Below, one piece after another: positions 1-10,861 of a stretch of 64,000 nt of DNA. The stretch covers positions 13,702,001 to 13,766,000 of the forward strand of contig CATNEN010000039.1 of the NCBI GenBank assembly GCA_950097015.1, given 5' to 3'. The position numbers and the translations under genes were made by a program. The notes beneath the pieces were generated by a model. It worked only from the letters and a program-made list of their open reading frames with translations. It was not told where the DNA came from and did no database searches. This stretch comes from Macrostomum hystrix. Its lineage: Eukaryota; Animalia; Platyhelminthes. Numbering within the stretch: the first letter of the stretch is position 1; every line of letters begins with the position of its first letter.

Positions 1-259
1 CTGAGACTCAGCCCCGGATAGCCGATTTCCAGCTGGGCAAACACGCATTACCCAGCCGGCACGGACACCACATTCCAAGCATAATAACTTTGCCTGGCTT
101 CCCGGCGTTGCTATGGCAACACTGTTATACTCACCCGCGGACATATTAATGCGCACCTGGCTACATGTCTGCCCGAGGCCTAAATGCGTACAGAACGGAG
201 CTTTGGAAACCAGAAAAAGCAAAAGAGGAACCGGTAGAGATCAAGCTTCAGGTGTGTCA

Positions 260-2514
260 ATGTCAACCGACCAGCTGCCGCAGTCAAAGTCGCGCAGCGG
301 CTGCTGCTGCTCTTGCTTGCCAGCTAGACGGGCGATTCTGAGCCAAGCGGCTGCCGAGTCAACCGCCCATGGTCTGTCCAGAACCGTGGGCGATGATCGT
401 CACTGGGTTGTGCGAGTGATCTGGCTGCTGGCTTTCATTGCCGTTGTCGGTCTGCTGCTCCAACAGCTGGTCCAGGCTGTCAACCGCCTGGCTAGCCAGC
501 CAGTCAGCACCTCCGTGTTGCCGAACGCGGAACAATTCGTGTTTCCTGACATCCATATCTGCCCCTATCCAATGGTATCGGCCAGCTACTCGGCCACAAT
601 GAGCTCTGCCGATCTCAACTACACCGACTGGCAAATTGAACGCATCTCAAAAGTGCTTCGTGCGGCCAACATTACCGGCGAAGAGTTGAGCCGGCTCACC
701 GCCCAGATTTTCACTTCGACTGTGCCGTACAGGTTTCTAGTAAGCAACATGGGCATGCGAATGGAGCAGACCATCATTGGAGCTTCTGTTCAGCCGGTGA
801 CGCGAAATCTCGCGCTCGGCGTTGACATCGTCAACTTGAATCACTACAAGTTTCTGAACTGCTTCACCGTTCGTATGAGCAGCAGTCTGACCCAGAACTT
901 GCTGAGCAGTGTCATGGGTTACCTGGACATTTCACTGTATGCCGATGCCACCTACAGTGCGACCCTGAAGCTGGCGAACGGCACCATTGATGTCAGGGGC
1001 CTCGGATTCATTAACTACGACATGCAAGTCGGATCTGGGTTCCGCTTGTACTTTACCGAGCGAGGCCGATACCCAGACGAATATAGTACTTCGGTTGCTG
1101 TGAGTCCGGGGTTTCAACATTTTATCAGCCTCAGCATGAGAATCACAACGTTGTCAAAGGACAAGAAGCAGTGCGCCAGTGACACCCCGGCTCAAAAAAT
1201 CTTTGATCCAGCAACTCTAGAGCCTGTTGAATACACCTACAGCCTAGGATGTGAGTGGTCGCATCGCTATGTCCTCTAATGTGCATTCGATATGCTTGCA
1301 CTAATTTCTTGATTAGGGGGGTCGGTGGCAGAGCGGTTACCGCGTTTGCCTCTCGCGCCAAGGTCCCTGAGCTCGATTCCGCGGCGAGTCCACTTTAATT
1401 TGGGGCGCAGACGCGGAGAGAAGGTTTGGGTGCTTGTCGTGAAATGTTGGCCCTTGAGGGCCAAACTCCAAGGCGCAGTGAAAGTGTACACTGCCTGACG
1501 ATTAGAAAGTCTGGGCAGATGTACTCTCCCGTGTGAACGTGTGCCTGCGTACAGATAGTACCTACGTACGAAAAATTGATTGTCTCATCACTTACATTAC
1601 ATTATTCATGGCTTCGCATTGTTTATTCGATCAGACCATGATTTCACGGAGAGCAGTTCAAAAATATTTTTTCATTTTCCTTTGCAGCCTGCTACTCAAA
1701 GTCGCTGTCGAACATTTTTCGTGAACTGGGATTAAACTGTTACATTCCCGGCTACGGTCCGATAATGTACGAGGATAGGAACTTGGTCTCCTGCAACAAT
1801 TTCAGCACACAGCTCGATGAGTACTACTCTTCAAATATACCGCTTAGCAGTGTGCTCAACAATGTGTACATGGTCCAGAGACTTTATAATGGTTCGGCTA
1901 TAGATAATATGGTCAACTCGAGCAGCAAAATGCAGTCGGATTGTGCTTACGGCAAGCCATGCGATGAGCGCATCTACGAGCCAGCTGTGGCATCGGTCCT
2001 GTTCCCATTGCGCCAGGGCCTTGGGGTTGAGCTGATCAGAATCTTTAAAGAGCTGACGTTAAGTAGGCAAAATTTGAATTACTCCGTGCCTGGGCGCGAG
2101 TGGATGGTGAAATTATTTGACGCAGCCTATGGCCCCAATGGAACAGCTGCGGCCGAGCAGGAGCTAGTCACTGCCGCCGCGGAGAACATTGTCCGGCTAC
2201 AGATCCAGGCGGGCGAGTTGAGCTCAACAATGCTCAAACAGGACATCTCGTATACTTTCCGGGATCTAATGGCCGGCGTTGGCGGTCTCATGGGCTTGTT
2301 CATGGGCGGTAGTGTTTTGACACTGCTCGAACTCGTGGAACTGGGCGTCAGCCTTGTGGTCGGACGCCGGCTAACGGAGCAGTCAGCCGGAGCAGACGGA
2401 GAGGCGCCTAGTGACCCCAGAAGTCTGGGCAACGATCGTCACCAACAGCAGCTTGAGCTGTGCTCAGTTGAAGATAACGACCGAGATTTGACAGCTGGTA
2501 AGACTTACTTTTGA
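260..2514 (+). CDS. DEG/ENaC (ASIC-like) amiloride-sensitive sodium channel subunit; exons 260-1250 and 1688-2514
   Basis: STAHG pre-TM1 motif, TM1 (VIWLLAFIAVVGLLL), FPDIHIC post-TM1 motif, TM2 with GLFMGGSVLTLLE filter. The GTGAGT donor at 1251 and TTTGCAG acceptor at 1687 join the two ORFs in frame (..YSLGS-CYSKS..). The start could be ATG 113 instead of 260. Confidence 0.9.
1316..1550 (+). mobile_element. SINE family A copy (tRNA-headed) in the DEG/ENaC intron
   Basis: Box A GGTGGCAGAGCGG and box B-like GAGCTCGATTCC; body shared with about 9 other loci. Confidence 0.8.
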
Positions 2515-3379
2515 CGGCGAGTAATCTATAACTATCGACTTTATCACCTGGTATAATAAATATAATTTTTTCTACACGCTCTTTTCCAGAGTAATTTGTT
2601 TTACACGTAAAAGTTCATACTGTCAAGAGTTGGAGCGCCTACGAGTACAGGTCACCATTTAGTTACGTTCATTTGGTACTCCGTCTCTAGGTGCTCTGGT
2701 TAACAGTAGAAAGGCCACTGCTCACTATTTTCCCCCAAGGGGGAAACGCCACGGGATAGTATCAAATACCAACTGCCTACCTAACGATACCTCCCAAACC
2801 GAATGACCCATTTTTGTCAAAGTCCTTATTATGGATAAAAACTTTCACCACTTTACAATGATTTAAATTTTAAAGTTGTCAAAGCATCGTCCTTCGGACC
2901 TTCAACAAAAGCAGCCGTCTTTGAGATGCTGATCGGGTGTTGAAAGTACCGATTGAAAGTCCCCGCCGATGCCCCAGACGGCGATGAAGAGGACACTGGT
3001 GACTGAGATCATTCGGGATCCCGCCTATTAGAATTGTTATTATTTTAGAGGACTATCTACGGTAGAGATGAAGCAAGATCCAAATTCTAACCTGTTATAC
3101 TCTTTTTGTTATTTGAATTTTCGATGGAATAATAAATTCGAGAAAAACTATAAACATATTCTGTTCGAATAAGCATCATCCATTATTGACCAATTTATAA
3201 CTTCTCTGCCGAAAGAACGGATCAAGCCTTTCTTGTTGTATTTCTTGTTGCCTGAAACTGTACAATCAACCGCATATAAATTATCAGGCAAAACCGATCG
3301 TTTGAAAGCTAGTGGCTTTCTCTGAGGATTGTTATCATTATAATTTTTGTGTTCGGTACAGTTAAGCTTCATTTTCCAA

Positions 3380-4102
3380 TCAAAACAGGCTAAATTTGAT
3401 CCAATCGGGACTGTTCTCAATTTCCTGCTCAACATAGGAGTCGGCAAAGTCTAGCAGGCGACACAATTTGAGCTTGCCGTTGTACAGAACGTGCCGGCTT
3501 CTACTATCGATGGTAGCATGGTACAGGCACATCAGAGCGTTGTCGATTTGCGGAACATCAGTGAAGCAGTAGGCAGAGTGGTACAGCACTCGCTTGAATT
3601 CAGTTAACAGCCAGGCGCCGCCAGTTCTCATGCGCCTCTGCAGATTCTCAAACTCGCAGATAAAGCCGTATCGAGTGTAGCAAGTCATGTCCGCAATCAA
3701 GTGGCTTGTCTTTCTCAGACAGAACTCACCGCTGCCGCCAGTCAGGTAGTTCAGCACCGAGCTGTCATTTGGGAAAACACCGTTACCGTTGATCCTCTGC
3801 CAGCCAGCAGGGCTTTCTCCGCGAATGTCTGCGAGACTGGACAGTCCCACCCAGAGCTGGAACGGGTCAGTGTTGGCGCTGCTTATATTGCCATTCCTCA
3901 GCAGCTTTATGGACTCGTACGAGTTAACGAGCTCGCCTCCGATCAAGTCGCATTGTCTATTGGCTGAGCACCAGTTGTAGCTTTGAGCAATGTTTACAAA
4001 TACACACAAGCCAGCTTCAACGTTGAATGGAGCAGGGCATTGAAGGGCATGAGTTAGAGTCAACAGAGACCAAAGATTGGCCAGTAACAACAGTCGTAAC
4101 AT
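3380..4102 (-). CDS. Secreted C-type lectin domain protein with C-terminal PAN/apple-like segment, single exon
   Basis: Signal peptide MLRLLLLANLWSLLTLTHA; CTLD landmarks CPAPF..GLC, W..A...C..IGG.LV, LWVGL, C..RYGFICE; C-terminal C..C..YN...KLCRL pattern. Confidence 0.8.
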   Translation of the reverse strand: MLRLLLLANLWSLLTLTHALQCPAPFNVEAGLCVFVNIAQSYNWCSANRQCDLIGGELVNSYESIKLLRNGNISSANTDPFQLWVGLSSLADIRGESPAGWQRINGNGVFPNDSSVLNYLTGGSGEFCLRKTSHLIADMTCYTRYGFICEFENLQRRMRTGGAWLLTEFKRVLYHSAYCFTDVPQIDNALMCLYHATIDSRSRHVLYNGKLKLCRLLDFADSYVEQEIENSPDWIKFSLF

Positions 4103-7100
4103 TCTTAAACAAAGAGCGGATCATGAGACAATATTTTTCTGTCAACTTTATCGCCAGCTTATATCTTGAGTTTCATTCACTTTCTTTCATATTAATGAAG
4201 GATAAAATTCTCTTTTCAGTAGGAAATTTGCTACGAAACTTTCTCACCGAGGGCGTCTTGCATTAAGTAAGTCGCATTTGTTAGACTGGCAGCTGTTACC
4301 GCTCTCAAGCAGGAAAATACCAAATACGCGCTTGAGCAGCAGGTGTGTCTTATGCACTCAACAACGATTCAAAAGAGTTAGGGAGTTAATGATTCATTCG
4401 TGGCATGCCTTCATGGGATTAGAAACGAATTTAGTCATGCACCTGCATTTCGATTCTTTGTGAGTTATTTAGCCATAAGCTAAAAATCCTAATCATGCAA
4501 TACATATACACAAAGAATGCAACAAGTAAAAATACGTACGTGTCCTTACTCAATATGCATGCATTTAATTTAATTATCGCCAAGTTTTCATATTTTCTCC
4601 ATTATAAATGCATTGTATTTATAGAAAACACTAGGCCTAGTAGCTAATGTAAAGGACGGTATTTGCTGCACAACAAATTAAGCTTTGCATTATAAGTTTT
4701 GCATACACAAGCATCACGTACTGCTCGAGTATAACTGCAGGTATACTACAGTGGTCCTTGAGTCTTTCATGAGCTTCCACATTCGTAAATAAATGCATGT
4801 ACATGTTGCGGACTTTAGAATTCTGTAATACTCGACCAAACTTATATAAACACGTCTCGCTGATCGAGAATATAGACGGAGAAAATAACTATTTATTTGA
4901 TTAAAATGGACTTTTTAAAAGAGCGACAATGTTAACGTTTGACAGGAAAGAGTCTATATGAAATAGAGTTGAACGTACGTCACTAGCCTAATACATAATA
5001 ACGAAACAATTGCAGCTTATAACATATATTCTCATTGAGAACTACGTAATAAAACTATTATGTTTTAAAGGAGTATATATTTTACTCGAGTCATCCTTGA
5101 TTGTCATATGTATATCAATGTGTAATTCGATCATATAGTGCTCAGAAAGACTTTGAAAAGGTTAATGAGTCTAAATTCACGTCAGTTAAATTCAGTTCAG
5201 TCTGTACGACACAATTTACTACACTTTGAAATCGAAAAAGCTGTTAAGTATGTTGTTTACGAAATAGCAAAATTCGTCGTGAAAAATACTTTCATTAATG
5301 CACTAAATATTACGCTCCGCTAGTAATTCACATTAAAGATGGCGCTAATACAGATTGCTAAAGGTCACAAACAACATAAACTTCCGAAAATAGCAAAGTA
5401 AGACAAAAAAGTCGAAAATCTAAAATCAAAACAGTTACTCGAGACCTTAATATGAATTTCAGATGTTAAAACAAATAAAATATAACAATAATTATATTTA
5501 CAAGCTCTTTTTATTAAAAAAAAAACATTTTTTTATAGTGGCCGCCTACGACGGTCATTAATTATAATTATTAATTTTATCACGTTTTTAAAGTCTATGC
5601 AGATACTGTACCGTCTGTACGGTTGCGCTAGGCCTAGGGGAAGTAATTTTTCAAGTTTATCAATAAAATAATTTGCATTTTTTATAACATATTAGAAAAT
5701 AAATTATTTCTACTTTATTAATTTCTAAAGTTTAATCATTGCTATTTCAAGCAATCTGTGGCTCAGGATGGGCATACCACATCCACATTTAAGTGAATTG
5801 ACCTAGGTCTATCTTAGCCACACTAGGATAAGATGTTGGTTGTATAATAAATGAATATAAAAAGACGTGTTTTTAATTAAACTTTGCCTGACATCTATTT
5901 TTATTTAAAGCAATACCATTTATTTTATAATTATAGGCCTATATTTTTTACTTTTTTACTTTTACAGTACAATCAGTCGGCCTAAACTGCTAAATTAGGC
6001 CCCTACTAACTTTGTTCTTTTATTTTTTTATGAAAAAAAATTAAATTTGTTTATATTTTATTAACAAATGTGATTATGATGTTTAGCTAGGCCCTAAATT
6101 ATATTGTTGGCGGGTTGGCCAGGCTCTTTTAATTTGGAATTATGGCAATCCTATCTCCAGTTTCACATGTTTAATTTAAATAGATTTTGTAATGTCAACA
6201 GTTAAACGACTTCTTTATAGTAACAAAATAAAAGAAATGACTAACAAACAAAAAACAACCAACAAGCCACTCAGATCTCATAGTACTCTGCTCTGCTCAA
6301 ATGGTGTAGGCCCCTAGTATTGTGCCACCCAGAAAAGAATGTAACTTCCAAGTAATAAGGGTTAAGGCTTGGTAAGCTTACAAGGCAAGAATATAATCAT
6401 CTTTTCTTTCTAGAGAAGTGATGCCAAATGTTAAACATGCAAAACTTGAGGATTGTCAAAATTAGTCCTACTTTTTTATTAGTAGGCCCTAATTACAATT
6501 TTATTTTTATTTCCTTACAATGTAAACCAAACTATAGTATTCTTTCAAATTTTGACTTTAGGAATTCAACTATAAATTACATATGACATGTTATAGTCTT
6601 TCATGTATTCTTATGTATTGGTAAGAAACATCTTTTGTGTCCTACATGTAAGATGCTCCCAGATTCAGATTTAGTAAGCTCTCAGATTTTTGTTTCTAGT
6701 CATACTAAGGCTCTAATAAATTGTAGTTTACTAGGGTAATGTATCATCAACTGAACAGTGTATCTTCAAAACCAAACAAGAATTTTGACTCCTTCCTTGG
6801 TCTCGTGCAAGACAGAAACAAGCTATTGTGTTTCACAGAACAACTAATTTGAAAGTTGAAGAAATTATCTACAAGCTGAGGCATGATGTGCAATGAAGCA
6901 TTAAGAGGAAAGAAAGATATTGATGTTTCAGTAGAAATTTTTATTGCAAAAGCATACTTTTTAACATACATGCGCAACACCCGGCCGGATCGGCCGGCCG
7001 AGCCTTGCTCGAGCGGCCGAGCAAGGTAAGTCGCAAAAATGGCCACCCAAGAAAAAAATCGGACAGAAAAAACGAGCGGAAAAAAAGAAAAGAAGGCAGG

Positions 7101-7178
7101 AAAAGGAGGAAAGCAGAGAAAGGAAAGAAGAAAGGAAGGAAAGCAAATGGGGAAAGAAGCAAAAACGTGACAAAATCT

Positions 7179-7649
7179 GCAATCAGAGGCAACTTAGTCG
7201 CATTCCAAGGGAAGTAAGTCGCAATCAAAGGGAAGTAAGTCGCATTCAGAGGGAAGTAAGTCGCAATCAGAGGGAAGTAAGTCGCAATCAGAGGGAAGTG
7301 AGTCACAATCAGAGGGAAGTAAGTTGCATTCAGAGGGGGCTAAGTCGCATTCAGAGGGAAGTAAGTCGCAATCAGAGGGAAGTAAGTCGCATTCAGAGGG
7401 AAGTAAGTCGCAATCAGAGGGAAGTAAGTCGCATTCAGAGGGAAGTAAGTCGCAATCAGAGGGAAGTAAGTCGCATTCCAAGGTAAGTAAGTCGCAATCA
7501 GAGGGAAGTAAGTCGCATTCCAAGGTAAGTAAGTCGCATTCAGAGGGGGCTAAGTCGCATTCAGAGGGTAGTAAGTTGCAATCAGAGGGAAGTAAGTCGC
7601 ATTCAGAGGGAAGTAAGTCACATTCAGGGGGAGGTAAGTCGCAATCAGA
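7179..7649. repeat. 21-bp tandem array (GTAAGTCGCAWTCAGAGGGAA) inside the hAT element
   Basis: Direct reading; about 22 units. Confidence 0.95.
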
Positions 7650-8118
7650 TTTATTACAGTGCATTAAACTTATAGGGGTAGGAACTGGAGTTACTGAACT
7701 CAAAAAAGTCCACTCTGCAAGTCCGAATGTGAGTATTATATCTTTATATCTCTTATCACATTTTTGGCGCAAAAAATATTTCATTTTTGTAATGACCACA
7801 GACCACATAGTTTTATAAAAAATAGGCATACAGTTAAAATTTCTCTCTGGCATACATTTTATGGGCTACAGTTTGCTTCCCGGCGTACATTTGCAATTTG
7901 AATTTCTGGCACACAAGACCATTTTTCTGGCATACAGTATGACACATTCGTGAGTATAGTGATGGTGATGTTGAGCCTCATGGTCTCTGGCACCACCTGG
8001 AAGATCCGATTGGACAAGCAGGGAAGCAGCTTGACAAGCGACGCCACGCAGCTGACCTCACCAATTTCATTCACGCCGACGATCGAGTCGCCAGAGTGCA
8101 CTCTGCTGCCAGCGGAAG

Positions 8119-8182
8119 ACTAATTAGATGACGAGGCATTTTACTATTGCAACACAGTCATAGTTACCCCTGCCGTTTACCC
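8119..8182 (-). pseudogene. 64-nt fragment resembling 28S rRNA helices H69-H71
   Basis: Minus strand reads GGGTAAACGGCAGGGGTAACTATGACT-GTGTTGCAATAGTA-AAATGCCTCGTCATCTAATTAGT; conserved 28S as recalled reads GGGTAAACGGCGGGAGTAACTATGACT-CTCTTAAGGTAGCC-AAATGCCTCGTCATCTAATTAGT. Confidence 0.8.
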
Positions 8183-9356
8183 AAAAAAAAATTTGGGCAT
8201 AGGTATGTCGCATTTTTTTTTAAAAACGAAGTCGCACGGCAGGTGTAAATTTGGGAGGTTGCGCATGTATGCTTTTTAACAACATTTTTTCAGTATGTAC
8301 TTTAGACAAAGATTGTATGTGGTTGCTTGCCAATTAAATGACCATTAATGTAGTTATTTATAGAGCATGAAAAATGCTTTCAAATGACATAATTCATGAT
8401 AGTTCACTCCTTAAAATAAGATTAAACCACTCACTCAAATTGTAAAACCAAACATCAAATTCTCTGTTTGGTTTGAAGATACATGAAAATCATTGTTCGG
8501 TTTTAGATAAAAAGCAGGAATAACTTTTTTCTATTTGACAAAATGACAAAAGCAAATACTTTTTAGAAAGATGTAACTGTTTTCTATAACTTGGCTTTTG
8601 ATTTATCATGATATCTTAAATAGAAAATCTGTAGCTTAGGTTTGAAGTTAAAAAAATACACATTCTTGTTTGGTTGATGATACATTACCCTAATCTTAGG
8701 CCTAATATATACTCTCCTTTTCTTTATATAAACTTATCCAAAACACTTGCTTACTAATAATAATCCTGTCTAGAAATTTTATTGCTTTATAGTAATAATT
8801 AGGGCAAAACTCAACAAAACTCTTTCTTTCACTTAAATTTAAGTATTTGATTGTAATGTTTTTTAGTTTTTAATAGCAGAACCCCTGATCAAGCCGTGAA
8901 ATTTTAGCAGGCAAAAATGCATGTACATATACAGTATTGGGAGAGGAAAAATGTAGTGCATTAAAACTAAATATGGTATTACAACAATTAGAATAGGGTT
9001 TCAGTATAGGAGAATTAAAGCACTTTTTAAATAGCAATTAAAGTTTAAATTATGAAAACTTGTAATATTTAATAAAACATTGGGTCTGCCATAATTACTT
9101 GCCAAAACTAAGCAGTAAGTAATGTAATCTTTCCTATGTCATTCATAACATTAAAGCTTTTATTTGCTAGCTACCACTAGATACTAGTTACAAAATTAAC
9201 ATTGAAATAGTTTTCTTTGATTTGATTATTATTTTTTTTCAAGTAAATCAAAAACAAACTAGATCAATCAAACCAATTTAAACTTGCAATACCCAGATAC
9301 TCTTAAAAGCTATATTTCATTTGTAATGAAACTAGATGTAGAATTGCACAGATGTA

Positions 9357-9925
9357 CAAGGGGTGTCCCAAGGGTGTCCTAAAAGTCCGTGCACTTTCTT
9401 CATTTTAGCTGGTTCTGACCAACCATAAATATTCAGACTGCAGCAGTTACAAAGACAGTTATCTGCCCATAAAAATGACTTGCTGTTTGTTCATATATCT
9501 ACTGGTATTTTCAATATATTTAAATTTTTATGCCCCACCCCTGTACCACTTCTACAAAGTGCTGTAAGCAGAGTTTTCGAGCTTTATTGATTTATTGAAA
9601 AATGTGTCAAACTTCTGTCACGTCAGATTGGATGAATTATGCACTTTGGGGTAAAATTTCTTTACTCTGGATTGTCCATGGTGAAAATGATGTCCTTTGT
9701 TTGGCAGAGCCCATGTCAAGAAAGGGCAAGCATTTGTGAGCACCTGGGTATGTAAAGTTTTCGCTGAAGTTTTGAAGTTTTTAGCTGAAGAGCTAGATAC
9801 ATGAAAAAAGCAAGTCATTTTTATGGGCAGATAATTGTCTTTGTAACTGCTGCAGTCTGAATATTTTTGGTTGCTCAGAACTGGCTGAAATGAAGAAAGT
9901 GCACGGACTTTTGGGACACCCCTTG
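9357..9925. mobile_element. Tc1/mariner-type MITE, 569 bp
   Basis: About 135-bp imperfect TIRs starting CAAGGGGTGTCCCAAAAGTCCGTGCAC; TA on both flanks (9355-9356, 9926-9927); the left TIR has a 10-bp internal duplication. Confidence 0.85.
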
Positions 9926-10524
9926 TAGTTGTATTTGTTTGCTACTATACTTGCTTTGCGTTATACATACACCCGTATACATATTACAATGTATGCATTA
10001 TGCCAATATTGTAATACTAATTCATGTGTAATTTTTTACACATATTTATCAAGTGAAATAAATAATTTAAGCTTTTTAAGCTGGATTTGCTATATAAACA
10101 AGTACAGACAAAAGTTATAAAGATGTATACTTATACTGATAAATAAATTTGATTTTAGACATTGCTATGCATGCAAATTTTTTTGAGAATTAAGAGTTGT
10201 ATCAGATTTATACAGAATTTCTTGAAGTTTGCACTTAACAGATTAGATTAAAATCACATGAAACTATATAGGTTTAGACTATAACTTAAACATTGTTATA
10301 TTTTTTTAGAATTATTTTGATAAACATCTCAAAACACTATAACTATTTAACTACATTGTAAATCTCTATTAAGTTAGAAATTGATGTTAATTAAATTACT
10401 ATTAAATATTTCTATTATATTGATCAGCTGAAACCCTACTTTAAAAAACCTTAAGTAAATCTTTACAATATGAGCATACTATGAGCTTAGGAGCACTATT
10501 TTGATATTTACTAATTTATAATAA

Positions 10525-10815
10525 CTCCCAAATTACTGGCCCCCAAATTAATCTGATGCGTAGCCAACTGCTATTAATGCAGCACATCTAAAAGCTATGT
10601 ATGCCTGTTCAGTCCATGGACTGGGGGAGACGCCATAGTCACCTTCATCACCTCAGCTATTACTTTTACCCATTTAGAAGCTCGGTGAACTGAAACAGTG
10701 CCGATTGAAGTGTCTTGCTAAAGGACACAAATTGTTCCAGTTTGGAATCTAGTCTGGAATCGAACCCCGACCTTTAAGTCGTGAGCCAGACGTTTCAAAC
10801 GCAAGCCTACAACAC
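10525..10815 (-). mobile_element. SINE family B copy (tRNA head, CORE-like central domain)
   Basis: GGTTCGATTCC box B on the minus strand; TGTGTCCTTTAGCAAGACACTT..TAAATGGGT; CAGTCCATGGACTG palindrome. Confidence 0.75.
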
Positions 10816-10861
10816 CCTGGTTAAATGTGCAACAAATTTCAGCCGCTCTGAAACAAAAACA

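Larger units (their letters stand above)
6965..8271. mobile_element. Non-autonomous hAT-like DNA transposon nested in the outer element
   Basis: Perfect 14-bp TIR CATACATGCGCAAC (6965-6978, 8258-8271) and perfect 8-bp TSD CTTTTTAA (6957-6964, 8272-8279). An 8-bp TSD with short CA-starting TIRs is typical of hAT. Confidence 0.85.
6734..8690. mobile_element. Non-autonomous TIR DNA transposon (outer element, about 640 bp without its insert)
   Basis: 18-bp TIR GGGTAATGTATCATCAAC at both ends, flanked by TA on each side; subterminal CAAACAAGAAT-like motifs at both ends; no transposase. Confidence 0.65.
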
